Assembly (NCBI GenBank): GCA_022865905.1 | Contig: JALHUM010000040.1 | Coordinates: 1-56,747 of the forward strand | Reading direction: 5' to 3' | Length of the DNA: 56,747 nucleotides | Source: Anaerolineales bacterium | GTDB taxonomy: Bacteria > Chloroflexota > Anaerolineae > Anaerolineales > Villigracilaceae | Shown: one piece after another, positions 17,494 to 26,371 of the stretch | Position numbering within the stretch: position 1 is the first letter of the stretch | How the letters are laid out: each line of letters begins with the position of its first letter | Position numbers and translations under genes: made by a program | Notes under the pieces: generated by a model | Told to the model about the DNA's origin: nothing | The model's input: the letters and a program-made list of their open reading frames with translations, nothing else | Database searches by the model: none

Positions 17494-17897
17494 CTTTCGC
17501 CATTCACTGTTGACTGATCACTGATAACTGATGACTGGTCACTGTCCTTCGGAGGCGGCAGCTTGATCCACTGGTGCGCGCCGGCCCAGGCCAGTAGCGG
17601 AATCCCGATAGCCGTGCCGGTCACCTGGTAAGGCACGCCGGCCATCACGCCCATCACCAGTCCCTTTGCGATCGAAGCCCCCCAACCATCTTTCGCCAGG
17701 TAACGCTGCACGAACATCGTCATGAGAAAGCCAACCGCACCGACCGAGACGCTGGTCAGGGCCAGCGCCAGCGGGTCAACAAGCTCGATCCAGCCGAAGA
17801 CGTTATCCAGCACAATGGTCGTCAGGGCGGCCAGAGGGTGGATCGGAGGGGGCGGGATCGGGCGGCGGGGTTCGATGGTCATTGGTATCATTCCCAT
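17490..17897 (-). CDS. membrane protein, unknown function (C-terminal tail encoded by heptamer repeat array)
   Basis: 135 aa with 3-4 TM segments. An alternative ATG at 17891 gives an ATGA overlap with the guaA stop. The tail ..[18 protein letters not shown] is read from the array at 17505..17546. Confidence 0.55.
   Translation of the reverse strand: MGMIPMTIEPRRPIPPPPIHPLAALTTIVLDNVFGWIELVDPLALALTSVSVGAVGFLMTMFVQRYLAKDGWGASIAKGLVMGVMAGVPYQVTGTAIGIPLLAWAGAHQWIKLPPPKDSDQSSVISDQSTVNGER
17505..17546. repeat. heptanucleotide tandem array (6 units)
   Basis: CACTGTT GACTGAT CACTGAT AACTGAT GACTGGT CACTGTC. Confidence 0.8.
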
Positions 17898-18478
17898 TCA
17901 ATCGTTGCAGGTGGTTTGCTGGTAATATCATACACCACTCTGTTGATCCCGTGCACTTCATTCACGATGCGATTTGCCACGCGTGCCAGCAGCTCATGTG
18001 GCAACCGCGCCCAATCGGCGGTCATGAAATCCTCGCTAACGACGGCGCGGATGGCGGCCGCTTCCTGGTACGTGCGCTGGTCGCCCATCACGCCGACCGA
18101 ACGCACCGGCAGCAGTACGACGAACGCTTGCGCCACGGGCTGTCTGGCAGTTGAACTACCGGACAACACAGGTTTGTCCATCAGCCCGGCGGCGGATAAC
18201 TCTTCGATCAGGATGGCATCCGCAGCCCGTAGACGCGCCAGCCGCTCGGTGGTCACCTCGCCCAGGCAGCGCACGGTCAACCCCGGACCCGGGAACGGCT
18301 GCCGCCAAACCAACTCAGGGGGCAGCCCGAGCGCCTCGCCAACGGCGCGCACCTCATCCTTGAACAGATACCGCAGCGGCTCGACCAACTCGAATTGCAT
18401 CTCCTCTGGCAAGCCACCGACGTTGTGGTGCGTATTGATGCGCTCTACCTTGTCCCGCTCCGGCGCGCTGGATTCGAC
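17888..18478 (-). CDS. guaA: GMP synthase, C-terminal part (downstream of in-frame TAG)
   Basis: The frame stays open from the codon after the TAG: [44 protein letters not shown]...GDQRTY...[16 protein letters not shown]. This is collinear with the E. coli GuaA C-terminus. Confidence 0.8.
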   Translation of the reverse strand, partial: VESSAPERDKVERINTHHNVGGLPEEMQFELVEPLRYLFKDEVRAVGEALGLPPELVWRQPFPGPGLTVRCLGEVTTERLARLRAADAILIEELSAAGLMDKPVLSGSSTARQPVAQAFVVLLPVRSVGVMGDQRTYQEAAAIRAVVSEDFMTADWARLPHELLARVANRIVNEVHGINRVVYDITSKPPATIEWE

Positions 18479-19498
18479 CTAGTCTGGGTAGATCGTTCCC
18501 TGTACCAGGTAGTGGGCGCCCTCACCCCTAGCCCCTCTCCCACCAGAGGGAGAGGGGTATCCTGCTATTTGCATGGCCTGGCGCTCGAAAATGCGGATGA
18601 ATTTCTCGCCGACGATCTTGCGCTTCTGCTCCGGGTCGGTGACGCCCCGCAAAGCGCTCAAAAATTCTCCGGCGGCATCCACCGCGACCAACTCTGCGCC
18701 CAGCAGCCTGCGGAAAGCCGAAACGACCTGCTCCGGCTCGCCCTGTCGCAGCAGACCGGTATCCACGAACACGGCCACCAATTGGTCGCCAACCGCATCA
18801 TGCACCATCGCCGCGGCGACCGCCGAATCCACCCCGCCGCTGACCGCCGCCAGCACGCGCGCGCCGCCCACTTGCTTGCGGATGCGTGCCACGCTCTCCT
18901 CGATGATGGAGGCCGGCGTCCATTCCGGTTTTGCGCCGCAAACGTCCACCACGAAGTGGCGCAGGATCTCCGCGCCAGAGGGTGTATGTTTCACTTCAGG
19001 ATGGAACTGTACGCCATAATATTTGCGCTGCAAATCGCCCATCGCTGCGATGGGACTGTTCTCCGATCTTGCCAGCGGCGCGAATCCCTCCGGCGGACGC
19101 GTGATGCGGTCACCATGCGACATCCAGGCCGGGAAGGGAGCGGAGGGGAGCAGGGGAGCAGGGGAGAGAGGGTGAACGGTAGCCGAGCCGTATTCGCGCT
19201 CGGCGGAAGGATGGACTTTGCCGCCCAGGGCGAACGTCAGGGCTTGCATCCCGTAACATATCCCAAAGATCGGCAGGCCGGAATCCAGGATAAATTTCTG
19301 GATATGCGGTGCGCCATCCTCGTAAACGGATCTCGGCCCACCGGACAGAATAAAGCCCTTGGGCTTGAGTGCCATTACCTTATCCGCAGGCGCATCCCAG
19401 GGGAAGAGTTCGCAGTAAACGTGCGCCTCGCGCACCCGGCGTGCGATCAGTTGGGCGTATTGCGAACCGAAGTCGAGGATGGCGATTGAATCAGTCAT
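18479..19498 (-). CDS. guaA: GMP synthase, GATase plus ATP-pyrophosphatase part, ending at an in-frame TAG
   Basis: MTDSIAILDFGSQY.., GICYGMQ, FHPEV, SGGVDSAV (PP-loop), ..LVQGTIYPD then TAG at 18479..18481 in the conserved GT(I/L)YPD-x-(I/V)ES motif. It also contains a repeat-derived insertion (18516..18563). Confidence 0.85.
   Translation of the reverse strand: MTDSIAILDFGSQYAQLIARRVREAHVYCELFPWDAPADKVMALKPKGFILSGGPRSVYEDGAPHIQKFILDSGLPIFGICYGMQALTFALGGKVHPSAEREYGSATVHPLSPAPLLPSAPFPAWMSHGDRITRPPEGFAPLARSENSPIAAMGDLQRKYYGVQFHPEVKHTPSGAEILRHFVVDVCGAKPEWTPASIIEESVARIRKQVGGARVLAAVSGGVDSAVAAAMVHDAVGDQLVAVFVDTGLLRQGEPEQVVSAFRRLLGAELVAVDAAGEFLSALRGVTDPEQKRKIVGEKFIRIFERQAMQIAGYPSPSGGRGARGEGAHYLVQGTIYPD
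18516..18563. repeat. CCCTCACCCC..CCCCTCTCCC/GGGAGAGGGG palindromic repeat inside guaA
   Basis: CCCTCACCCCTAGCCCCTCTCCC-ACCAGA-GGGAGAGGGG. It is translated in frame as GYPSPSGGRGARGEGAH. Same family as 48689..48759. Confidence 0.65.
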
Positions 19499-19524
19499 CA
19501 GTTATCAGCGATCAGTCATCATTC
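19490..19524. repeat. heptanucleotide tandem array (5 units)
   Basis: ATCAGTC ATCAGTT ATCAGCG ATCAGTC ATCATTC. It covers the guaA start codon (19498) and the HIT-gene stop (19519). Confidence 0.8.
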
Positions 19525-19824
19525 GTTAGAAATTGGAAATTCAGAAATGAGTTGAAAATGCAAATGCGGAAAATCCTGAAACTTGCCGCCGTTGACAATC
19601 AACCGGTAGCCGCTCTCGGCTAAGCCGAATTCTTTGACCAGGCTTTGCACTGCGTTGAACAGGTCGGCCAGAAAAGCCGAATCCGCCGCGTACAGGTCTT
19701 CGAGGCGGGGAATGGCCTTTTTCGGGACGAGCACTACGTGGAACGGATACGAAGGCTTTGGATGGCGAAAGGCCAACAACGTATCCGTCTCGCACAAGCG
19801 TTTGACTGGAATAGCGAAACTCAT
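19519..19824 (-). CDS. HIT-superfamily protein (HxHxQ variant)
   Basis: ORF 19519..19887, with the start moved to MSFAIPV.. (19824). Motifs: ..LAFRHPKPSYPFHVVLVPKK.. and the C-terminal ..FPHLHFQLI. Confidence 0.7.
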   Translation of the reverse strand: MSFAIPVKRLCETDTLLAFRHPKPSYPFHVVLVPKKAIPRLEDLYAADSAFLADLFNAVQSLVKEFGLAESGYRLIVNGGKFQDFPHLHFQLISEFPISNE

Positions 19825-19883
19825 GTAGGTAAACAGCCAACTATTCAGGCGTGACACATTATACGTGGCACGTGACACTTTAC

Positions 19884-20462
19884 TCATTCACATCCGCCGA
19901 AAATGATCTTATCGCCCTCCAACGAGGTGATGCACACCAGCGATTCGACCGGCACGCCCAGCGACTTGAGCGCGGAGCGCCCGCCCTCGAAGGTTTTCTC
20001 GATTAACGCGCCGACGCCGACGATGGTCGCCCCGGCGGCTTGCGCCAGTCGGACCAGTCCCATGATGGTCGCGCCGCTGGCGAGGAAATCGTCAATGATG
20101 AGGATACGCTCGTTTCCAGCCAGGTACTCCGGCGCGACGAGAAGCTCCGTCATCACGCCCTTGGTGTGCGAGGGCGCCAGCGTCAGCAAGACGGCGTTCG
20201 TCATCGTGACCGGCTTGGTCTTACGGGCATAGACCACCGGCAATCCAAGGTGCATGGCAGTCATCAATGCCGGGGCAATGCCGGAAATTTCGGCAGTCAG
20301 GATCTTGGTCGCGCCGACACCCGCGAAACGACGCGCCAACTCATGCCCGCAGGCATCCATCAGCCGTGGGTCCACCTGGTGATTGACGAAGCTATCAACT
20401 TTCAAAATGCCGTTGCCGAGATTCTTCCCGTCACGTAAAATGCGCTCTTTGAGTTCTTCCAT
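19884..20462 (-). CDS. xpt: xanthine phosphoribosyltransferase
   Basis: ORF 19884..20594, with the start at MEELKERI (20462) after GGAGGAG. It is collinear with B. subtilis Xpt: ..ILKVDSFVNHQVDP.., ..ILTAEISGIAPA.., ..ILIIDDFLASGAT.. Confidence 0.9.
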   Translation of the reverse strand: MEELKERILRDGKNLGNGILKVDSFVNHQVDPRLMDACGHELARRFAGVGATKILTAEISGIAPALMTAMHLGLPVVYARKTKPVTMTNAVLLTLAPSHTKGVMTELLVAPEYLAGNERILIIDDFLASGATIMGLVRLAQAAGATIVGVGALIEKTFEGGRSALKSLGVPVESLVCITSLEGDKIIFGGCE

Positions 20463-20559
20463 TGCTCCTCCATAAATCAATGAACTGGTCACTGGATTGT
20501 ACAACGGCCTGAAAGAACCTGCCAGAGGTACGACGGGAGAGTATGTTAGAATCCTCCCC

Positions 20560-21231
20560 GTGAACGAGAAACCCCACCTGGTGCTGGCCTCCAATTCGTC
20601 GCGCCGGAGACAGTTGCTGGCGCTGACCGGCTGGGCGTTCAGCGTGGTGCCCGCCGAGGTGGATGAGAGTCAGTGCCCCGGCGAAGCACCCGGCGACTAC
20701 GTGCTGCGCCTGGCCCGGGGCAAAGCGCGCGCCTGCGCCGGACAAGCTGAAGAAGACGAACTCATCCTGGCCGCCGATACAGCCGTCGTGGATGGGGAGG
20801 AGATCCTCGGCAAACCAAAGAACAAAGCCGAGGCGGCCAAAATGTTAGCCGCGCTGCGCGGGCACAGCCACCAGGTTTGCACCGGCGTTGCCCTCTTGCG
20901 GGTGAAGGATTGGCATCTGGTGACAGACCTGTGCGTCACCGAGGTGCCGATGCGGGCTTACGGTGATGAAGAGATCGCCGCCTATGTCGCTACTGGCGAT
21001 CCGCTGGACAAGGCCGGCGCGTATGGTATCCAGCATCCACAGTTCCAGCCGGTAGAGAAGTTGAGCGGTTGCTATGCCAGCGTGATGGGCCTGCCGCTCT
21101 GCCATCTGGTGCGCAGCCTGAGCCGATTCGAGGTCACGCCTGCCGCGGACGTGCCCGGCAACTGCCAGTCTGCGCTGAATTATCCCTGCCTAATCTCCCG
21201 CGCCGTTCTGAACGGTGAACAGGTTGGTTGA
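20560..21231 (+). CDS. maf: Maf-family nucleoside triphosphate pyrophosphatase
   Basis: ..LVLASNSSRRRQLL.., ..LAADTAV.., ..ILGKP.., ..DKAGAYGIQ... The start is uncertain: GTG 20560 is chosen, and the longest ORF starts at TTG 20497. Confidence 0.8.
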   Translation: MNEKPHLVLASNSSRRRQLLALTGWAFSVVPAEVDESQCPGEAPGDYVLRLARGKARACAGQAEEDELILAADTAVVDGEEILGKPKNKAEAAKMLAALRGHSHQVCTGVALLRVKDWHLVTDLCVTEVPMRAYGDEEIAAYVATGDPLDKAGAYGIQHPQFQPVEKLSGCYASVMGLPLCHLVRSLSRFEVTPAADVPGNCQSALNYPCLISRAVLNGEQVG

Positions 21232-21247
21232 TACGAAAAGGTAATCC

Positions 21248-23470
21248 ATGAAGCGAATTTGCTGGTTTTACCTTGTCTTGACTTTCATTCTGTTGGCGGC
21301 TTGCAGTAACAGCAGCGGTAATGGCAATGCCGGGAATTCCACCTCCATGCCCACAGCCGTGGTTGTTACCACGCCTGCGCCCAACGCAGAGGCTGCCATG
21401 AGCGCTTACCTGGATGCGCTGATGGTCGAAGACTACGCCGCAATGTACAACATGCTGACCCAATCTGTCCGCGCCAGCATCTCGCAGGATGATTTTACTA
21501 CTCGTTATGAAAGCGCTCTGGCAGCCATGAGTGTAAGCCAGATGGAATACAGCATCCTCTCCACGCTGACCAATCCCGGCAACGCGCAAGTGGCTTACCG
21601 CATCACTTATCATTCCAGCTTGTACGGCGACTTACAGCACGATATGACCGTTCACTTAAGCCTGGAGAACGGCCAGTGGCGACTCCAATGGGACGAGAGT
21701 CTGATCCTGCCTGAACTGGCGGGCGGCAACAAGCTGTTGAGCGATTACAGAATCCCAGCGCGCGGTGACATCTACGACCGCAGTGGGAACGCCCTGGTCA
21801 CGCAAACGAACGCCGTGGCGATTGGCCTGGTCGCCGGGCAGATTCCCCCGGATAACGAAGAGTTCCTGTTCACCGAACTATGGCGACTGACCGGCGTCCG
21901 CCCAGAGGCCATCCGCACCGCTTACGAAAATTACCCCTCCGGTTTGTACGTCCCGGTCGGCGAGGCCAGCCAGGAGGCAGTGGATAGCCGCTATAACATC
22001 CTATCGGCCTTCAGCGGCCTGCGGTTGAGCGCCTATACTTCCCGCTATTACTACACCGCCTCGCAGGCCATCGGGTATACGCAGGCGATCTTCCCGGAGG
22101 AGTTGGATGCCTACCGCCGCTTGGGATACAGCGGGGGCGAGCGCGTCGGCAAGATCGGCGTCGAGAAATGGGGAGAGCCATACCTGGCCGGCAAGAACGG
22201 CGCGACGCTCTATCTCGTGGATGCGAATGGGAATATTGGGAATTCGCTCACACAGACCGAATCCGAACCGGCCGCATCCATCTACTTGACGATCAATAAG
22301 GATTGTCAAGAACAAGCCCAACAGGCGATGGACGGCCTGCCTGGCGCCATCGTGGTTCTGGAGCGCGATACGGGCCGTGTGCTGGCAATGGTCTCTTCAC
22401 CGGGTTTCGACCCCAACCTGTTCGACCCGAACAACTACAACAGCATGAACCTGGCAAACATGGTCAATGACCCGAATCAGCCGCTCTACAACCGCGCTTC
22501 GCAAGGACAGTATCCGCTTGGCTCGGTGTTCAAGGTTGTTACTATGGCCGCCGCCCTGGAAAGCGGCGCATTCACGCCCGAATCGACTTACGATTGTCAA
22601 TACGATTTTACCGAACTCGGTCCGACTCACATCCTTCACGACTGGACCTGGGAACACTGCCAGAACGAGCTGCAGGAAGACCCAACCCTGCAGCAGTGCA
22701 AAACCAAACCCAGCGGCATGTTGACCTTACCGCAAGGTCTGATGCGTTCCTGTGATCCCTGGTTCTTCCATATTGGTTTCGACCTGTTCAATCAAGGCAA
22801 GGCTACAGCCATCTCAGATATGGCGACCGGCTTCGGCTTGGGACAGGCAACCGGCATAGAGCAGGTGGCCGAGTCGGAGGGACAGGTGCCGGTGCCGGGC
22901 GATGGCGTCCAGGCGACCAGTTTGGCCGTCGGCCAGGGGGATCTGCAAGTCACGCCCTTACAGGTAGCTGATTTTATGGCTGCAATCGGCAACGGCGGCA
23001 CCCTCTACCGGCCGCAATTGGTGGAAAAAGTTGTTTCGGCAAGCGGCGAGAAGTTGCTTGATTTCCGCCCGGAAGTGCGCGGGACGCTGCCCCTCAAGCA
23101 GGAAAACTTGAAGGTCATCCAGGATGCCATGCGCGAAGTGGTTACGAACCCGCGCGGCACGGCCTACTTCCGCCTGAGCACGCTCAACATCCCCATGGCG
23201 GGTAAGACCGGCACCGTCGAAACCGGCTTCACGGAACCCCACGCCTGGTTTGCGGGCTACACCCTGGCGAACCGTCAAGGCAAGCCGGACATTGCCATCG
23301 CGGTGGTCGTCGAGAACAAAGGGGAAGGCTCCGACTGGGCCGCGCCCATTTTCCGACGCATTGTGGAGATCTATTTCTACGGCAAGCCGCAAAGCGTGTA
23401 CTGGTGGGAATCGGGCATCGGTATCGTCCCCCCGCCCACTCCTCAAGGCCAGGAAACGCCTACACCATAG
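21248..23470 (+). CDS. penicillin-binding protein 2-type D,D-transpeptidase with N-terminal NTF2-like domain
   Basis: Lipoprotein-like signal (LLAAC), an NTF2/MecA_N-like region, a PBP dimerisation region, and a transpeptidase domain with SxxK (GSVFK) and KTG (GKTGT). Confidence 0.85.
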   Translation: MKRICWFYLVLTFILLAACSNSSGNGNAGNSTSMPTAVVVTTPAPNAEAAMSAYLDALMVEDYAAMYNMLTQSVRASISQDDFTTRYESALAAMSVSQMEYSILSTLTNPGNAQVAYRITYHSSLYGDLQHDMTVHLSLENGQWRLQWDESLILPELAGGNKLLSDYRIPARGDIYDRSGNALVTQTNAVAIGLVAGQIPPDNEEFLFTELWRLTGVRPEAIRTAYENYPSGLYVPVGEASQEAVDSRYNILSAFSGLRLSAYTSRYYYTASQAIGYTQAIFPEELDAYRRLGYSGGERVGKIGVEKWGEPYLAGKNGATLYLVDANGNIGNSLTQTESEPAASIYLTINKDCQEQAQQAMDGLPGAIVVLERDTGRVLAMVSSPGFDPNLFDPNNYNSMNLANMVNDPNQPLYNRASQGQYPLGSVFKVVTMAAALESGAFTPESTYDCQYDFTELGPTHILHDWTWEHCQNELQEDPTLQQCKTKPSGMLTLPQGLMRSCDPWFFHIGFDLFNQGKATAISDMATGFGLGQATGIEQVAESEGQVPVPGDGVQATSLAVGQGDLQVTPLQVADFMAAIGNGGTLYRPQLVEKVVSASGEKLLDFRPEVRGTLPLKQENLKVIQDAMREVVTNPRGTAYFRLSTLNIPMAGKTGTVETGFTEPHAWFAGYTLANRQGKPDIAIAVVVENKGEGSDWAAPIFRRIVEIYFYGKPQSVYWWESGIGIVPPPTPQGQETPTP

Positions 23471-23480
23471 ACTGAACTGT

Positions 23481-24413
23481 ATGCCGATGCGAAGCACCTA
23501 CTCGGCAAAAGGGCTTGTCCCTGGCCTCATCGTCCGCGCCCAATCGGGCTTTTTCACCGTCCAGACCGAAAGCGGCTCCCTGACCTGTCAACTGCGCGGC
23601 CGCCTCAAGCAAGGCCCCCGCCTGGGCGACATCGCCGCCGTCGGCGACCGGGTGCAGGTGACACCTCTCACCGACGGGACGGGGATGATCGAGTCCATCG
23701 AACCGCGCGCCAGGTCCCTGGTCCGGCTCGACCCGAGGCCGAAGGGCGTCTACCAGCAAATCATCCTGTCCAACCCCGATCAGGCTGTGTTCGTCTTCGC
23801 CTGCGCCAATCCCAGCCCACACACGCGTATGCTCGACCGCTTCTTGGTCATCGCCGAGAAGCAAGGCCTGCCAGCCATCGTCGTCGCCAATAAGCTCGAC
23901 CTGGTGGACCGCGAAGAGGCTGAGGCAACCTTTGGCTACTACCCGGCGCTCGGCTATCCGGTGCTCTATATTTCGGCCAAGACCGGCGAGGGGATCGAAC
24001 TCCTGCGGGCGCGGCTGACGGGCAAAGTATCCGCCCTGGCCGGGCCGAGCGGGGTGGGCAAGTCCAGCCTGCTCAACGCCATCCAGCCTGGGCTGGGACT
24101 GGCCGTGCGCGAGGTCGGCGAGGCGACCGATCGAGGCCGCCACACCACCAACGTGCGCCAGCTCTTCCCGCTCGATGGTGGCGGTTACGTGGCCGATACG
24201 CCCGGCCTGCGCACGCTGGCGCTTTGGGATACCGAGCCGGAAGAACTGGACGGCTACTTCCCGGAGATCGCCCCGCTGGTGGCGCAGTGTGCGTTCAGCG
24301 ATTGCACCCACAGCCACGAGCCGGACTGCGCCGTGCGGGCCGCGGTGGAAGCGGGCAGCGTACAGCCGGAACGGTATGATTCTTACTTGCGGTTACGGGC
24401 AGGGGAGGAGTGA
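23481..24413 (+). CDS. rsgA: ribosome small-subunit biogenesis GTPase RsgA
   Basis: ORF 23250..24413, with the start moved to ATG 23481 just after the PBP stop. It has an OB domain, a circularly ordered GTPase (NKLDL.., GPSGVGKSSLLN) and a C-terminal zinc knuckle (CAFSDCTHSHEPDC). Confidence 0.9.
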   Translation: MPMRSTYSAKGLVPGLIVRAQSGFFTVQTESGSLTCQLRGRLKQGPRLGDIAAVGDRVQVTPLTDGTGMIESIEPRARSLVRLDPRPKGVYQQIILSNPDQAVFVFACANPSPHTRMLDRFLVIAEKQGLPAIVVANKLDLVDREEAEATFGYYPALGYPVLYISAKTGEGIELLRARLTGKVSALAGPSGVGKSSLLNAIQPGLGLAVREVGEATDRGRHTTNVRQLFPLDGGGYVADTPGLRTLALWDTEPEELDGYFPEIAPLVAQCAFSDCTHSHEPDCAVRAAVEAGSVQPERYDSYLRLRAGEE

Positions 24414-24445
24414 TCAGTGACCAGTGAACAGTTATCAGTGACCAG
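24411..24445. repeat. heptanucleotide tandem array (5 units)
   Basis: TGATCAG TGACCAG TGAACAG TTATCAG TGACCAG. It spans the rsgA stop and the first 10 codons of holB. Confidence 0.8.
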
Positions 24446-25445
24446 TCAGAATTGGGGATTTTTAGGACATGAATGGGCGGTGGAGATGCTGAAACAGCAC
24501 ATTGCCCACCAGGCGGTACGCCATGCGTACCTCTTTACCGGCCCCCCCGGCCTGGGCCGCCGCAGCCTAGCTTTGCGCTTTGCCCAGGCCTTGAACTGTC
24601 CCCAGCCCCCTACCCCGGGCGAACCGTGCCGCAATTGCCGAACTTGCAAGCAAATCGAAGCTATGCAATATCCAGACCTTGCGGTCGTGCAGGCTGAAAA
24701 AGAGGGTGGCGTGCTCAAAGTCGAGCAAATCCGCGAGGTGCGGCACAGCCTGTCGCTGGCGCCGTACCAGGGGAGATACCGCGTCGCCCTTTTCCTGCGC
24801 TTTCAGGAGGCGAATCCCAACGCGGCCAACGCCCTGCTCAAGACCCTCGAAGAAGCCCCTCCGCAGGTTATCCTGCTCCTGACCGCCGACAGCGTTGACC
24901 TGCTCCTGCCAACCATCCTCTCGCGCTGCGAGGTGATGCGCCTGCGGCCGCCGTCCATCGAAACCGTGCAGGCTTATCTACAGGAACGTGGAGCAGACGA
25001 AGCCAAAGCACGCCTGATCGCGCATCTTTCGGGTGGGCGTCCCGGTTATGCCCTGCGGCTGATGCAGGATAAGGCTGCATTGGAGTTCCGCCAGACACGG
25101 CTGGAAGATTTTCAAAGACTGCTCAAGTCCACTCGCCGCGAGCGCTTCGCCTATGCCGAGAAATTGACAGACCGAAAAAACGAGGCGAAAGAACGCTTCC
25201 GCGAAACGCTGCTCATCTGGGTCTCGTTCTGGCGGGACGTGATGCTGCGCGCCGCCAAAGCGGATGCCCCACCTACCAACATTGATCGCACAAATGAGAT
25301 TGAAGTACTGGCCGCACAGTTATCTCTACCCGAGACGCGCCGCGTGGTCACAGACATGGAGCACGCAGTAGACCGGCTGGAGAGGAACGTCAATGCCCGG
25401 CTGCTGGCAGAAGTACTGTTACTGGATTGGCCGCACATAAAATAG
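24417..25445 (+). CDS. holB: DNA polymerase III delta-prime subunit
   Basis: ..HAYLFTGPPGLGRRSLA.., a zinc module (CPQPPTPGEPCRNCRTCKQ), ..ANALLKTLEEPP.., ..SRC.. sensor. GTG start within the heptamer array. Confidence 0.85.
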   Translation: MTSEQLSVTSQNWGFLGHEWAVEMLKQHIAHQAVRHAYLFTGPPGLGRRSLALRFAQALNCPQPPTPGEPCRNCRTCKQIEAMQYPDLAVVQAEKEGGVLKVEQIREVRHSLSLAPYQGRYRVALFLRFQEANPNAANALLKTLEEAPPQVILLLTADSVDLLLPTILSRCEVMRLRPPSIETVQAYLQERGADEAKARLIAHLSGGRPGYALRLMQDKAALEFRQTRLEDFQRLLKSTRRERFAYAEKLTDRKNEAKERFRETLLIWVSFWRDVMLRAAKADAPPTNIDRTNEIEVLAAQLSLPETRRVVTDMEHAVDRLERNVNARLLAEVLLLDWPHIK

Positions 25446-25808
25446 ACCCGACAGGCTAGTCATGACCTGACACACCGATTTCTCTGGAGTGTTAACGCCT
25501 GGCAAATATTCTGTAGTGGATGCCATCGAAATTGACCGTTGAGAGCCGTCACATCTGGATAACCCAGGCGAAATCGTGCGCGGGAGCCCATATCTGGGGT
25601 TTTCTTGATCGACGATGCCGCCAGGAATACTTGCCAATTTTGAGGCCCCAAAAATCTCCCAGGGAAATCGGTGTGACAGCAAAAGGAAACTGTCCCCACT
25701 GCGGCATCATGATCGCCGGCATATGGCCTGAAGATCCCAAACGTGTCTGGTTAAATAGTTTTGGCATGCCGATACCAATTTATTAGACCAAATTCTAGAG
25801 AGCTCAAC

Positions 25809-25853
25809 AAAAAAAACGTAGATGGCGAGGGAGCTTGCCAGCTACGTTTTTTC
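25809..25853. terminator. bidirectional rho-independent terminator
   Basis: An A-run, then the stem AACGTAGATGGC / GCCAGCTACGTT, then T6. It lies downstream of the OppF remnant. Confidence 0.65.
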
Positions 25854-25873
25854 TAACCCCTCCAAAGATATGT

Positions 25874-26107
25874 CTACTTCAAGTTTTGGTCGGCGTAGTG
25901 ACACGCCACGAAGTGACCCGGTACCAACTCCTCATAGGGTGGCTCCTCCACGTAACAGCGATCGGTCGCGACCGGACAGCGGGTGTTGAAATTGCAGCCA
26001 ATAGGTGGATTGACTGGGCTGGGGATATCCCCCATCAGGATGATGCGCTTGCTTTTTTTAGTAACATCTGGGTCGGGAACGGGGACGGCTGACATCACCG
26101 CCCGTGT
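25874..26107 (-). pseudogene. remnant of an OppF/DppF-type ABC ATPase (last 70 or so codons only)
   Basis: ..[65 protein letters not shown].. matches only the C-terminal oligopeptide-ATPase extension. No Walker A/B region is upstream. Confidence 0.7.
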
Positions 26108-26371
26108 TCGGATTGATAAATCAAATCGTGTTCTTGTCTAGCCATACCTCGGCGGCCATTGAGCCGTTGCGGATTGACGCGCGCTCTGCGTTGATTTCGA
26201 TTTGGACGGTTGTGGCGGGGGGGCGACCAGTGCCTGCGGCAGATCGTCACGGATTTCGGCATTCTCAGTGGCGCGCACACGCAGACTGTCAGACCCCCAG
26301 GGTTCGATCCGCACGGTCTGATGTCCCAGGTTCCAGACAAGTGTCTGATCCTGCCGCTCAAAGCCAGCCAA
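26108..26371 (-). pseudogene. remnant of a GH31-family glycoside hydrolase N-terminus (about 85 codons, frameshifted)
   Basis: MAGFERQDQTLVWNLGHQTVRIEPWGSDSLRVRATENAEIRDDLPQALVAPP.. The sense continues in another frame as [28 protein letters not shown]. Adding one C to the C7 run (G7 on + at 26217..26223) restores continuity. The fragment then abuts the OppF remnant. Confidence 0.5.

Noticed and set aside
18479-18481. The in-frame TAG in guaA, and a second one in the IS transposase at 55062..55064, as pyrrolysine or reassigned codons. A corrinoid protein gene is nearby.
   Set aside because: TAG terminates neighbouring intact genes (for example at 1957). No pyl genes or Pyl-type methyltransferase are in the window. 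The transposase TAG replaces a conserved TGG in a gene already broken by a MITE. Nonsense mutation or base-call error is the simpler reading.
19136-19175. Octanucleotide near-tandem repeat (GGAGCAGG x2-3 on +) inside the guaA GATase domain, as a slippage-prone frameshift switch
   Set aside because: There are only about 2.5 imperfect units. The encoded ..LSPAPLLPSAPFP.. falls in a region that is naturally variable among GuaA proteins. There is no evidence of frame disruption.
20463-20600. Purine riboswitch upstream of xpt
   Set aside because: I read the minus-strand leader for the conserved UAUAAU, GGAUAUGGC, UUUCUACC and CCGUAAAU blocks and found none. The region is only the divergent xpt/maf spacer.
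25446-25873. Short ORFs (25520..25786 +, 25419..25682 -, 25460..25699 -, 25549..25767 -) in the low-GC stretch after holB
   Set aside because: They overlap one another in several frames, have no recognisable motifs, SD sequences or consistent codon bias, and sit in a region full of gene remnants. They may be decayed pseudogene sequence, but they are not callable by eye.
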